From Bdellovibrionota bacterium FG-2 (GTDB lineage Bacteria; Bdellovibrionota; UBA1018): 27,961 nucleotides of DNA. The position numbers were made by a program, and so were the translations under genes. Positions 17,658 to 26,893 of the stretch are shown here, piece by piece. Location: positions 1-27,961 of the forward strand of contig JBBCAV010000331.1 of the NCBI GenBank assembly GCA_051382305.1, in the 5' to 3' direction. Position 1 is the stretch's first letter, and every line of letters begins with the position of its first letter. The notes beneath the pieces were generated by a model. The model made no database searches and was not told where the DNA came from. It saw nothing but the letters and a program-made list of their open reading frames with translations.

Positions 17658-18611
17658 CTAAAACGCGTCCCCGTCATCATCAAAGTCGCGCTTGATCGAA
17701 TCAATCAATGCATCCACCGACTCGCCTTCAGCATCAAAATCATCCACCGACTCATCCAGATCAAGATCGTGAATCACTTTGGAAAACTCTTTTTCAGAGG
17801 ACAAATCGCCGCGAATGGCTTCGATATAGCGATCGGGATATTTTGCGACCAGCTCTTCAATATACTGATTGAGCTTCCCTTCTTTCAAGATGAGTTCCTT
17901 GCGCTTAATCTTTTTCCAATTCTTGATATAATGAAGTCGGCAATACCCCAGCGTCGTTGCTAAGCCTTCGCAAGCCACTTCCCGACATACGGAATCATCA
18001 ATGCCGTATTCGCCCAAAGCGCCTTTTTTACCGGCCTTCACACTTGCTTTGGCACCTGTTTTTACACTTGGCAATCCAGCGGCCTTACCTTTAGCCTTGG
18101 CGGGAATTTTATCTTGGCCCTTATCTTGGCCCTTATCTTGAACTTTCAAAACAGGAGCCGTGGCGACCGCCACAGCCTCTTTTTTGCCAGGCTTTGGCGA
18201 ACCCTTCACTTTTATTTCTTTAAGTGCGGGTAGAACGGTTTTCGCCAACTTGGCCACATTCGCAACTTTTGGTTTTTTATTGGGTTTGGCGTTCAGTTTG
18301 GCGGTTACTTTGGGTGGGATTTTAGAACCCTTTGGGGCCTTCGCTACCTTAATAACTTCTTTGGTAATTTTTGAAACTTTGAGAGTTTTTTCGGGCTTAG
18401 CGGTTTTGGAGGGCTTTGCAGCAGCCTTAGCCGCCTTGTGCTTGCTCCCGAAGAGCGCTTTTTTAATTGAACTCAATGTGGAGCCTTTCTCGGCATGCTT
18501 TGGGCCACCTTTAGAACTTTTTGAAAAGTTTTTCGGGGGTAGCTTTGCAGACTTAACAGTCGCAGAACCAGTTTTTTTCTTTTGAGATGCACCTTTTTTT
18601 GAAGCCGGCAT
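17658..18611 (-). CDS. Lys/Ala/Pro-rich (histone H1-like) protein with C-x4-C-x9-C-x2-H motif, helical domain and acidic tail
   Basis: About 200 aa of low-complexity K/A/P/S sequence, then CREVAC...GYCRLH, a helical region and a D/E-rich C-terminus. Confidence 0.85.
   Translation of the reverse strand: MPASKKGASQKKKTGSATVKSAKLPPKNFSKSSKGGPKHAEKGSTLSSIKKALFGSKHKAAKAAAKPSKTAKPEKTLKVSKITKEVIKVAKAPKGSKIPPKVTAKLNAKPNKKPKVANVAKLAKTVLPALKEIKVKGSPKPGKKEAVAVATAPVLKVQDKGQDKGQDKIPAKAKGKAAGLPSVKTGAKASVKAGKKGALGEYGIDDSVCREVACEGLATTLGYCRLHYIKNWKKIKRKELILKEGKLNQYIEELVAKYPDRYIEAIRGDLSSEKEFSKVIHDLDLDESVDDFDAEGESVDALIDSIKRDFDDDGDAF
18109..18140. repeat. 12-bp tandem repeat (TTATCTTGGCCC x2.7) encoding QDKG repeats
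   Basis: Two exact copies at 18109-18120 and 18121-18132, plus an 8-nt partial copy. Confidence 0.9.
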
Positions 18612-18646
18612 TCCTTAGTCTCCCATGTTTGTGGTACCTTAGGTAG

Positions 18647-19747
18647 GTGCCACACCGCAAAAACCCAGTCAACATCAAACATCAGTCGGCGGGCTTTGTC
18701 GATCTCCACTTTCATGGTGCTTTTGGCATTGATTTGATGCAGGCCGCGGAAAAAGACTTAAACTCACTCGCCCGTAAGCTCGCCAAAGAGGGCATTTCAG
18801 GGTTTTGCCTTTCCACTTTGTCTTCGCACCCAAAAGCGCTTCGAGAAACGCTCACGCGATTAGGAAAGTGGACTCGGTCCATTCACGAAAAAAGCGGGCT
18901 TGCAGCAACCCTGCCCTTGGCATTTCCTTTAGGAATCCATCTTGAAGGCCCGTTCCTAAGCCCCTCCTTTGCTGGCGCGCACCCCGAAAACACGATCAGA
19001 AAAGCCACACTTGAGGAACTCGAAGACCTGCGTCTCGCGTCAAAGGGGATGATCCGCATGATTACGCTTGCCCCAGAAGAGATTCCGCCAAAGCTCTTGG
19101 CGCCCCTTTGCCAATGGGCTCATGCTCACAAAATCAAACTTTTCGCAGGTCATTCGGCCGCCACAAAGGAGCAATCTTTTCACGCATTTGATCAAGGTTT
19201 CTCCGGGGTCACCCACGCCTGGAACGCGATGAAGTTTCATCACCGCGCGCCCGGGCTCATTGGCGCCGCATTAGGAAACCCGAACGTATTTTTGGAACTT
19301 ATAGCCGACCAAATTCACCTCTCAAAAGAAACCCTGCACTGGAGCCTCGCCCTTCACCCGAAACACCTGAGCTACTTTGTTTCGGACGCCGCCCCTTCGG
19401 CAAACTCCAGAAAATGCTGCTCCTTTGGGCCTATCCAAATTACAAATGTAAAAGATAAAAACGGGGGGTATTCCGCCAGAATTTCGGCAGGCCGGCATAA
19501 AGGCAACCTGGCAGGTGGGGGTGAACTACTCCCGCAAAATTTCGTGCGCTGGCTCGAAACCGACACCTTAGCTTCACCTGAAAACGCCGCGAAATTACTT
19601 CAAAATTACCTTCCCCAGGTCACTCGCAATCCTCTAAGTGCGCTTAGCCTCCCACTCAGCATTAAACGCCTGTGCCTACGCCATCGACTCCAGTGGCAGA
19701 TTTTTTCAAACGGAAAACTAGCCTTTTTCGTTGACTCACTGAGATAA
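18647..19747 (+). CDS. nagA: N-acetylglucosamine-6-phosphate deacetylase-like amidohydrolase
   Basis: GFVDLHFHG, GIHLEGPF, TLAPE, GHS, THAWNAM, IADQIH and VSDA motifs. Both termini are divergent. Confidence 0.8.
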   Translation: MPHRKNPVNIKHQSAGFVDLHFHGAFGIDLMQAAEKDLNSLARKLAKEGISGFCLSTLSSHPKALRETLTRLGKWTRSIHEKSGLAATLPLAFPLGIHLEGPFLSPSFAGAHPENTIRKATLEELEDLRLASKGMIRMITLAPEEIPPKLLAPLCQWAHAHKIKLFAGHSAATKEQSFHAFDQGFSGVTHAWNAMKFHHRAPGLIGAALGNPNVFLELIADQIHLSKETLHWSLALHPKHLSYFVSDAAPSANSRKCCSFGPIQITNVKDKNGGYSARISAGRHKGNLAGGGELLPQNFVRWLETDTLASPENAAKLLQNYLPQVTRNPLSALSLPLSIKRLCLRHRLQWQIFSNGKLAFFVDSLR

Positions 19748-19759
19748 GGCCGCTAGAGT
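19731..19759 (+). promoter_or_regulatory. Putative sigma70 promoter of the yceD-rpmF-fab operon
   Basis: TTGACT (19731-19736), 17 bp, TAGAGT (19754-19759), overlapping the nagA 3' end. Confidence 0.65.
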
Positions 19760-19774
19760 CGCGACACTGTAGTT

Positions 19775-20437
19775 ATGAAAATCTTTTTAAGAGCAATCAA
19801 TGAAAGCGGAACAGACCTCCACTTCACCCATGAAGACCCCTGGGTGTTGGACTCCATTAAACGCGTCGATGAGACTTCGCATGAAGACTCTTCTGCTCTT
19901 GATCTTTCCTCGTTGCGCGCAAATACCGCGACCAAAAAAAATGCCCACCAAAAACGCGAAGCGCAAGTTTCTTTCAATCTTCGAATGGTTGACGAAGTGG
20001 TTTTGGCTAACGGCAAACTGGAAACGAGCCTCAATCTCCTGTGTAGCCGTTGCGGCGCACCCTTTGAGTTTGGCTGTAATGCGACGATTTCTGCCCTTTT
20101 TTGCAAAGATCCCGTGATGGCTGGCGTCGGTTACCTGGGTGAAGGTGGAAAACCTGCGGGCCAGGTTCAAGGGTTTGCCCGTCACGCTCACGATATGAGC
20201 AGCGGCGAGCCCGGCCAGGATCTCGACATTACATATATTACCCAAGACTTTATCGATTTAGGGGAGCTTCTCACCGAGCAAGTTCAACTCCAAGTCCCCT
20301 TTCAGCCCCTTTGCGACGAGGATTGCAAAGGCCTGTGCGTGACATGTGGTACGGATCTCAATTCCGGTCGCTGCGGATGCGCGAAAATTCAAAAATCCTC
20401 ACCATTTACAGTTCTGAAAGATCTTAAGCTCTCTTAA
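19775..20437 (+). CDS. yceD: YceD/DUF177 family protein
   Basis: CSRC motif and C-terminal PLCDEDCKGLCVTCG, in the conserved position directly upstream of rpmF. Confidence 0.9.
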   Translation: MKIFLRAINESGTDLHFTHEDPWVLDSIKRVDETSHEDSSALDLSSLRANTATKKNAHQKREAQVSFNLRMVDEVVLANGKLETSLNLLCSRCGAPFEFGCNATISALFCKDPVMAGVGYLGEGGKPAGQVQGFARHAHDMSSGEPGQDLDITYITQDFIDLGELLTEQVQLQVPFQPLCDEDCKGLCVTCGTDLNSGRCGCAKIQKSSPFTVLKDLKLS

Positions 20438-20461
20438 GAGCACCTCACAAGGAGATTAGCC

Positions 20462-20665
20462 ATGGCAACCCCGAAGAAAAAAGTATCTCGCAGTCGCAGA
20501 AACATGCGTCGTTTCGCCGGGGGCAATAAACTCGATAAACCGACCACAACCACATGCTTAAGCTGCAATGAACCCACACGTCCTCATCGTGTGTGCAATT
20601 GCGGTTCTTATGCTGGGAAATCCGTACTGCCTGCGCGCCATGTGGAGACACCGGCTTCGAAGTAA
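20462..20665 (+). CDS. rpmF: 50S ribosomal protein L32 (Cys-containing form)
   Basis: MATPKKKVSRSRRNMRR, CLSC...PHRVCNCGSY. RBS AAGGAG. Confidence 0.95.
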   Translation: MATPKKKVSRSRRNMRRFAGGNKLDKPTTTTCLSCNEPTRPHRVCNCGSYAGKSVLPARHVETPASK

Positions 20666-21684
20666 TGGGCTCTGCTCGTTTTGCTTCGCGAATTTCAGGG
20701 ATTGGCTCCGCCTTTCCTTCGCGTAAGGTCACTAACGTAGAACTTGCTCAACTTTATCCCTCGTTGGACACATCCGATGAGTGGATTCGGGAACGTACGG
20801 GAATTTTGGAGCGTCGAATTGCGCAACCCGGAAACACCGATGACCGCAACTCATCGCTCGCCTGCATTGCCGCGCAGCGGGCACTCGAAATGGCCGGGAA
20901 ACAGGCCTCTGACCTCGATCAAATCCTTGTCGCCACCTGCACCCCCGACACTCTAATCCCATCGACTGCGTGCTGGCTGCAGCAAAAACTTGGTGCCAAT
21001 CGCGCCTGGACCATGGACCTAAATGCCGCGTGCAGTGGTTTTATCTACGCCCTTGCCACGGCTGATCAGTTCATTCAAAACGGCCAACTTAAGACTTCGC
21101 TCATTGTCGGATCAGACGTGCTTAGCGCGTTTACGAACTGGGAGGACCGTTCTTCGTGCATTCTTTTTGGAGACGGGGCCGGCGCGGTCATTGTCGAACA
21201 AGCCCCTTCAAACTCACCCAATCGCCTCCTCTCGCACCACTTGCACTCCGATGGCTCCCTTTGGGAGCTGTTTCACATCGAAGCGGGGGGTTCAAAGCTT
21301 CCAGGCAATCCGGAAGTCTACACTCAAAAACGCGACAAAATGCAAATGAAAGGTCGCGAAATTTTTAAATCCGCCGTCCGTACGCTTGCGGAGTACGCCG
21401 TCATGGCACTCGAAGAAAACGGCTACTCCGTTTCGGATCTGGATTGGTTTGTGCCTCATCAAGCAAACTTGCGTATTATTGAAGCCGTCGCAAAACGCAT
21501 AAATTTTCCGATGTCCAAAGTGCTATTGAACATCGATCGTTTTGGGAACACCTCGTCGGCCACGATTCCCACCGCCCTTGATGAAGCCGTACGTGATCAC
21601 CGCGTAAGACCTGGTCAACTTATTCTTCTTGATGCGTTTGGAGCGGGTCTCACAACGGGCTCATTGCTTTTACGTTGGGGCTAG
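20665..21684 (+). CDS. fabH: Beta-ketoacyl-ACP synthase III
   Basis: DTSDEWIRERTGI, AACSGF, PHQAN and GNTSSA motifs. Start at ATG 20665 in a TAATG overlap with the rpmF stop. Confidence 0.96.
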   Translation: MGSARFASRISGIGSAFPSRKVTNVELAQLYPSLDTSDEWIRERTGILERRIAQPGNTDDRNSSLACIAAQRALEMAGKQASDLDQILVATCTPDTLIPSTACWLQQKLGANRAWTMDLNAACSGFIYALATADQFIQNGQLKTSLIVGSDVLSAFTNWEDRSSCILFGDGAGAVIVEQAPSNSPNRLLSHHLHSDGSLWELFHIEAGGSKLPGNPEVYTQKRDKMQMKGREIFKSAVRTLAEYAVMALEENGYSVSDLDWFVPHQANLRIIEAVAKRINFPMSKVLLNIDRFGNTSSATIPTALDEAVRDHRVRPGQLILLDAFGAGLTTGSLLLRWG

Positions 21685-21709
21685 CTGAGGCTAGCCTAAG
21701 GAGGTCGTA

Positions 21710-22747
21710 ATGAAAATAGCAGCCATTTTTCCAGGACAGGGTTCGCAACAAATCGGAATGGGACGCGATTTGTATGAGAACTTTAGAGTCGCCCGAGAGG
21801 TATTTGAAGAAGCCTCCGATGCGATTAGCGTGAATCTCAAAAAGCTTTGTTTTGAGGGCCCCGAAGCGGATCTAACCTTGACCGAAAACACCCAACCCAC
21901 CCTGCTCACCGTCAGTGTCGCTGCATTTCAAGTGTTACAAGCCGAAAGAGAGTTTGCACCCGAAGTCGTGGCCGGTCACTCTTTGGGCGAATATTCGGCA
22001 CTGGTCTGTGCAGGCTCCCTTGAGCTTGCGACGGCCGTGAGATGGGTTCGTGCGCGAGGACAAGCCATGCAACTGGCAGTCCCTCAGGGCCAAGGAGGGA
22101 TGGCCGTAATCTTGAATCTAGAGGATGCGAAAATCTCTGTGCTTTGCGCCGACGCCCTTCAAATTGCGCAAGAGAAGCGCGATCATGGCGAAACACCAGA
22201 GATCGAAGTCGCGCTTACACTAGAACCCGCGAACTTCAATGCTCCAGGACAAGTCGCGATTTCTGGATCAAAAGACGCCATCGATGAGGCAATTAAACTG
22301 GTGAGTTCTGATCCCCAAGGAACGTTTAAAGGAGCAAAAGCCCTACCCCTTCCCGTGAGCGCCCCTTTTCACTGCTCACTCATGGAACCTGCGAAAGAGA
22401 AAATGGCCCAGATTTTCTCTAAAGATTCACCCCTCCATACTCCTCGCGCACTGTTGATTCCTTATGTTCCAAATGTCACGGCACGAGTAAACCAAGAACA
22501 CTCCCTGATTTTAGAGTTTCTAACGGCTCAGGTCACTCATCCGGTATTGTGGAAACAAACGATCACAGGACTTCTGGAGACAGGCTTTGACATCTTTGTC
22601 GAATGCGGCTCTGGCAGAGTGCTTTCGGGCCTAACCAAACGAATTGCACCTAAAGGGCTCCGCCCCGAACAGGCACCCAAACTTATTTCAGTGGGCGACA
22701 CAGAAAGCCTCAAAGAAGGGCTTAGAACACTAAGCAAAAACGATTAA
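21710..22747 (+). CDS. fabD: Malonyl-CoA:ACP transacylase
   Basis: FPGQGSQ, GHSLGEY and VSAPFHC motifs. RBS AAGGAGGT. Confidence 0.96.
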   Translation: MKIAAIFPGQGSQQIGMGRDLYENFRVAREVFEEASDAISVNLKKLCFEGPEADLTLTENTQPTLLTVSVAAFQVLQAEREFAPEVVAGHSLGEYSALVCAGSLELATAVRWVRARGQAMQLAVPQGQGGMAVILNLEDAKISVLCADALQIAQEKRDHGETPEIEVALTLEPANFNAPGQVAISGSKDAIDEAIKLVSSDPQGTFKGAKALPLPVSAPFHCSLMEPAKEKMAQIFSKDSPLHTPRALLIPYVPNVTARVNQEHSLILEFLTAQVTHPVLWKQTITGLLETGFDIFVECGSGRVLSGLTKRIAPKGLRPEQAPKLISVGDTESLKEGLRTLSKND

Positions 22748-22761
22748 AGGAATCAATAAAG

Positions 22762-23523
22762 ATGCAAACCCAAATCGACGGAGCAAAACCTTGTGCGCTC
22801 GTGACCGGCGCCTCTCGCGGAATTGGTGCGAGCGTTGCGCTCAGGCTCGCGAAAGAGGGATTTCACGTCCTCATCAACTACTCTTCACGTGAAGATCTAG
22901 CTCGCGCTACCTCCGAAAGCATTCGCGGCGGCGGCGGATCTGCCGAGGTTTTACGTTTTGACGTCTCTTCTTCAGAAGAGGTGGACCGAGCATTCGAGGG
23001 CTACTTTGGTGGATCCAAGGATCGAAAATTAGCGGTGCTCGTGAATAACGCAGGAATCAATAAAGACGGATTACTGGCACGACTCAAGGACGAGGATCTC
23101 GAAAAGACCCTCGACGTAGACCTAAAAGGGGCAATCTATTGTACGCGCGCCGCAGCACGCCTCATGATGCGCGCGCGCTCAGGATGCATCATCCAAATCG
23201 GCTCGGTCATCGGCGAAATGGGCAATGCCGGCCAAAGTGCTTACGCCGCCGCGAAGTCGGGGCTCATCGGATTTTCCAAAAGTGTCGCGCGAGAACTGGC
23301 CAGCCGAAACGTCCGCGTCAATGTCATAAACCCAGGATATATCAAGACAGAGATGACTGGGGCCTTGACGGATGACCAAAAAGAGGCGATTCTGCGCAGC
23401 ATCCCCCTGGGTTTTTTGGGTGAAGGCGAAGACGTCGCATCGTTAGTCGCGTTTCTTGCATCCCCTGGGAGCCGTTATATCACCGGTCAAGTCATCGGGA
23501 TCAACGGCGGGATGTACATGTAA
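22762..23523 (+). CDS. fabG: 3-oxoacyl-ACP reductase
   Basis: [18 protein letters not shown] and PGYIKTEMT motifs. Confidence 0.96.
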   Translation: MQTQIDGAKPCALVTGASRGIGASVALRLAKEGFHVLINYSSREDLARATSESIRGGGGSAEVLRFDVSSSEEVDRAFEGYFGGSKDRKLAVLVNNAGINKDGLLARLKDEDLEKTLDVDLKGAIYCTRAAARLMMRARSGCIIQIGSVIGEMGNAGQSAYAAAKSGLIGFSKSVARELASRNVRVNVINPGYIKTEMTGALTDDQKEAILRSIPLGFLGEGEDVASLVAFLASPGSRYITGQVIGINGGMYM

Positions 23524-23543
23524 ATATAAGGAGAGCAACGTTC

Positions 23544-23786
23544 ATGTCCGCATCAGTCGAAGAAAGAGTCCGCACCATTATTTGTGATCAACTTGCCGTG
23601 GAACCTGAAAAGGTCGTTCAAACCTCATCCTTCATCGATGATTTGGGTGCAGACAGTCTCGATATCGTCGAACTCGTCATGACGATGGAAGAGGAGTTTG
23701 ATCTTGATATTCCGGATGAAGACGCCGAAAAAATGAAAACCGTTGGCGATGTCGTTAAATACATCGCTTCGAAAGCGACCGCTTAA
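23544..23786 (+). CDS. acpP: Acyl carrier protein
   Basis: [14 protein letters not shown] phosphopantetheine attachment motif. RBS AAGGAG. Confidence 0.97.
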   Translation: MSASVEERVRTIICDQLAVEPEKVVQTSSFIDDLGADSLDIVELVMTMEEEFDLDIPDEDAEKMKTVGDVVKYIASKATA

Positions 23787-23805
23787 GTTTCGCGGTTTCG
23801 CCCTC

Positions 23806-25128
23806 ATGTCTTCTCAATCCACTCGCCGTGTCGTGATCACGGGCTTAGGCGCGGTGACTCCGCTTGGCCTCACCGCATGCGTTACCTGGGAAAATGCGCT
23901 CAAAGGAACCAGCGGCGTCGGCCCCATCACTCTTTTTGATACGACCGATTGCCCCATCCGAATTGCCGCTGAAGTTCGCGGTTTTGATGTGGGACGAGAG
24001 TTGGGCCCTTTTTATCCACGGGGCGCGGATTCGCCCGCCCTCACTCAAGCCGCAAATTCCAAGGAAGCAAGACGAGTCGGACGCTACGTCCATTTTGCGC
24101 TCGCGGCAGGCCTTGAAGCCTATGGAGATTCAGGGCTTGATCTTTATCGCGACAAAATCGCTGCGGAACGCATGGGAGTAAACATCGGGGTTGGGATGGG
24201 CGGGTTGCCGGAAATTGAAGAAGTGCACAACGATTTCTTGGCCAAGGGCTATCGTCGGGTCACACCGTTTTTTATTCCGCAAGTGATCTCCAACATGGCC
24301 GCAGGCCAGCTCAGTATTGCGCTGAATTTGCGTGGCCCTAATCTTTGCAATGTGACCGCATGCACCTCAAGTGCGCATAGTTTGGGCGAATCCTTGGAAC
24401 TCATTCGTCGAGGAACCGCAGATGTTATGTTTGCGGGAGGTGCAGAGGCCGTTCTATGCAAGCTAGGGGTTGCAGGATTTGCTTCCATGCGAGCGCTCTC
24501 CTCGCGTAACGAAGAACCCACACGCGCATCACGCCCCTTTGATATGGGCCGCGACGGCTTCGTGATGGGCGAAGGCTCAGTCGTGCTCGTGCTCGAGGAA
24601 CTCGAACACGCACGCCGTCGTGGCGCAAAAATTTACGCAGAACTTGCGGGCTATGGATTATCGGGCGACGCCTATCACATGACCACCCCTTCTCCCGAAG
24701 GCGAGGGCGGAGGACGCTCGATAAAAATGGCGCTTGAAGATGCGGGTCTTTCGCCCGAGCAGGTGGGATATGTTAACGCCCATGGCACTTCGACCCCTGC
24801 AGGCGATACTGAAGAGGCCGTTGCAATCGCGAAGGTTGTTGCAAGCGGCTCTCGAACGCAGGGTCGTCTGAATGTGAGTTCAACGAAATCGATGACGGGT
24901 CACTTGCTGGGCGCCGCAGGCGCGTTAGAGGCAATGTTTTGCGTGAATGCATTAAGGCACGGCATCATTCCCCCCACGATTAACCTTGAGACGCTCGACC
25001 CTAGTTGCGCAAGCTTGGGGATTGATTTCACCGCTAATCGGGCTTGCGAGAAAAAAATATCAGCGGCACTTTCCAACAGCTTTGGCTTTGGCGGCACCAA
25101 CGCGACCCTTGCCTTCAAACGGATTTAA
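23806..25128 (+). CDS. fabF: Beta-ketoacyl-ACP synthase II
   Basis: RRVVITGLG, TACTS, NAHGTST, KSMTGHLLG and NSFGFGG motifs. Start reassigned to ATG 23806. Confidence 0.96.
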   Translation: MSSQSTRRVVITGLGAVTPLGLTACVTWENALKGTSGVGPITLFDTTDCPIRIAAEVRGFDVGRELGPFYPRGADSPALTQAANSKEARRVGRYVHFALAAGLEAYGDSGLDLYRDKIAAERMGVNIGVGMGGLPEIEEVHNDFLAKGYRRVTPFFIPQVISNMAAGQLSIALNLRGPNLCNVTACTSSAHSLGESLELIRRGTADVMFAGGAEAVLCKLGVAGFASMRALSSRNEEPTRASRPFDMGRDGFVMGEGSVVLVLEELEHARRRGAKIYAELAGYGLSGDAYHMTTPSPEGEGGGRSIKMALEDAGLSPEQVGYVNAHGTSTPAGDTEEAVAIAKVVASGSRTQGRLNVSSTKSMTGHLLGAAGALEAMFCVNALRHGIIPPTINLETLDPSCASLGIDFTANRACEKKISAALSNSFGFGGTNATLAFKRI

Positions 25129-25137
25129 GCTCATAAT
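25109..25137 (+). promoter_or_regulatory. Putative internal sigma70 promoter for rpiB-glyA (near-leaderless)
   Basis: TTGCCT (25109-25114), 17 bp, CATAAT (25132-25137). ATG at 25146 follows with no SD. Confidence 0.5.
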
Positions 25138-25145
25138 CCTGAGCA

Positions 25146-25607
25146 ATGCCAAAAAATATAGCAAAAAAAATTCTGATTGCTTCTGATCATGCGGGTCTAG
25201 AGCTAAAAAAAGCACTGCAGGAATCTTTGACCGACTGGTTGTGGGAGGACTTAGGCCCCATCAACGATAACAGCGTGGATTATCCCGATTTTGCGGAACC
25301 CTTGGCTAAAAAGGTACAACAAGACGGGGTGCGAGGAATTCTCATTTGTGGCAGTGGCATCGGAATGTCCATTGCCGCAAACAAGGTCCCAGGTGTCCGG
25401 GCTGCGGTCGTAGAAAATCCCGTGGCCGCGCGCCTTTCGCGCGAACATAACGACGCCAATGTTTTATGCCTAGGCTCACGATTTATTGCGCCCGCCTACG
25501 GAGTGGAGATTGCCCGGATTTGGCTGGAAACCCCCTTTTCAAACGATCCGCGCCATCAAAGGCGAAACGCCAAAGTGGCAGCGATGGAAAACAAAAGAGG
25601 AGCCTAA
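25146..25607 (+). CDS. rpiB: Ribose-5-phosphate isomerase B
   Basis: ASDHAG, DYPDFA, CGSGIGM, ANKV and REHNDAN motifs. Confidence 0.95.
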   Translation: MPKNIAKKILIASDHAGLELKKALQESLTDWLWEDLGPINDNSVDYPDFAEPLAKKVQQDGVRGILICGSGIGMSIAANKVPGVRAAVVENPVAARLSREHNDANVLCLGSRFIAPAYGVEIARIWLETPFSNDPRHQRRNAKVAAMENKRGA

Positions 25608-25608
25608 A

Positions 25609-26883
25609 ATGTCCCAACTCAATCAACAGTTCAATCAATCCCTTTCCCAAACTGATCCCGAGATCTTCGCAGCCATTGGTCGTGAATCTCGCCGTCAAGA
25701 AGAGGGCATTGAACTCATCGCCTCTGAAAACTACGTAAGCCGCGCTGTGCTTGACGCCCAAGGCTCCGTGCTTACCAACAAATACGCCGAAGGCTATCCG
25801 GGCAAGCGCTATTACGGCGGCTGTGAATTTGTGGATCAGGCCGAGGCGCTGGCCCAGACGCGCGCGTGTAAACTTTTTTCGGCCGAAGCCGCAAACGTGC
25901 AACCGCATTCGGGCTCTCAAGCCAATATGGCCGTATACATGAGCCTCATGAATCCAGGCGATACGTTCATGGGAATGAGTCTCTCGCACGGGGGGCACCT
26001 CACTCATGGCAGCCCCGTGAATTTTAGCGGCAAACTTTTTAAGGTCGTAAGCTATGGGCTACATCCAGAAACCCATCGCATTGATTTTAATTTGGTTCGC
26101 GAGCTGGCTCTCAAAGAAAAACCCAAAGTCATTGTCGCCGGCGCCAGCGCTTATCCGCGCACAATTGATTTTGAAAAATTCTCCGAAATCGCTCGTGAGG
26201 TCACCGCCTCTTTTGTCGTTGATATGGCGCATATCGCGGGGCTCGTTGCGGCGGGGTTGCACCCGTCGCCGATTGCTCATGCGGCTTACACGACCTCGAC
26301 CACGCACAAAACTTTGCGCGGGCCACGTGGCGGACTCATTTTGTGTTCAGCTGAACGAATTAAAGCCGTGAACTCGCAGATTTTTCCGGGCATTCAGGGG
26401 GGCCCCCTGATGCATGTCATCGCGGCCAAGGCTGTGGCTTTTGGCGAGGCGCTCAAACCGTCGTTTGTCACTTATCAAAAACACGTCGTAGAAAATGCAC
26501 GTACGCTAGCAGCCGCACTCATGGAGCGCGGAGTGAAACTTGTGACCGATGGTACGGACAATCACTTGATGCTCGTTGATTTACCGAGGACGGGCGACGG
26601 CAGTGTCTCGGGAAAAGATGCGGAAACCTGGCTTGATTTGGCGGGGATCACGGTAAACAAAAATACGATCCCCAATGAAAAGCGCAGTCCCTTTGTCACG
26701 AGCGGCATCCGCATCGGCGTGCCTGCTGTCACCACGCGTGGGTTTGGGACTTCTGAGATGAAACTCTTGGCAGGATGGATAGCCGAGGTTTTGGGCTCAC
26801 GCGGGGACGAGAAAGTGCTGAACAAAGTTCATGGACAGGTCAAGGAGTTATGCGGGCAGTTTGGGTTGTATACCGCGATCTAA
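25609..26883 (+). CDS. glyA: Serine hydroxymethyltransferase
   Basis: [20 protein letters not shown] and [12 protein letters not shown] (PLP lysine) motifs. Start reassigned to ATG 25609 with GAGGAG RBS. Confidence 0.97.
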   Translation: MSQLNQQFNQSLSQTDPEIFAAIGRESRRQEEGIELIASENYVSRAVLDAQGSVLTNKYAEGYPGKRYYGGCEFVDQAEALAQTRACKLFSAEAANVQPHSGSQANMAVYMSLMNPGDTFMGMSLSHGGHLTHGSPVNFSGKLFKVVSYGLHPETHRIDFNLVRELALKEKPKVIVAGASAYPRTIDFEKFSEIAREVTASFVVDMAHIAGLVAAGLHPSPIAHAAYTTSTTHKTLRGPRGGLILCSAERIKAVNSQIFPGIQGGPLMHVIAAKAVAFGEALKPSFVTYQKHVVENARTLAAALMERGVKLVTDGTDNHLMLVDLPRTGDGSVSGKDAETWLDLAGITVNKNTIPNEKRSPFVTSGIRIGVPAVTTRGFGTSEMKLLAGWIAEVLGSRGDEKVLNKVHGQVKELCGQFGLYTAI

Positions 26884-26893
26884 GGAGAACAAA

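Noticed and set aside
18160-18585. Hydrophobic 141-aa 'membrane protein' on the + strand
   Set aside because: It is the antisense mirror of Lys/Ala codons (AAA gives TTT) in the H1-like gene.
19775-25128. fab cluster as a secondary-metabolite (type II PKS) locus
   Set aside because: It has the canonical housekeeping FAS II order with yceD/rpmF, and no chain-length factor or tailoring genes.
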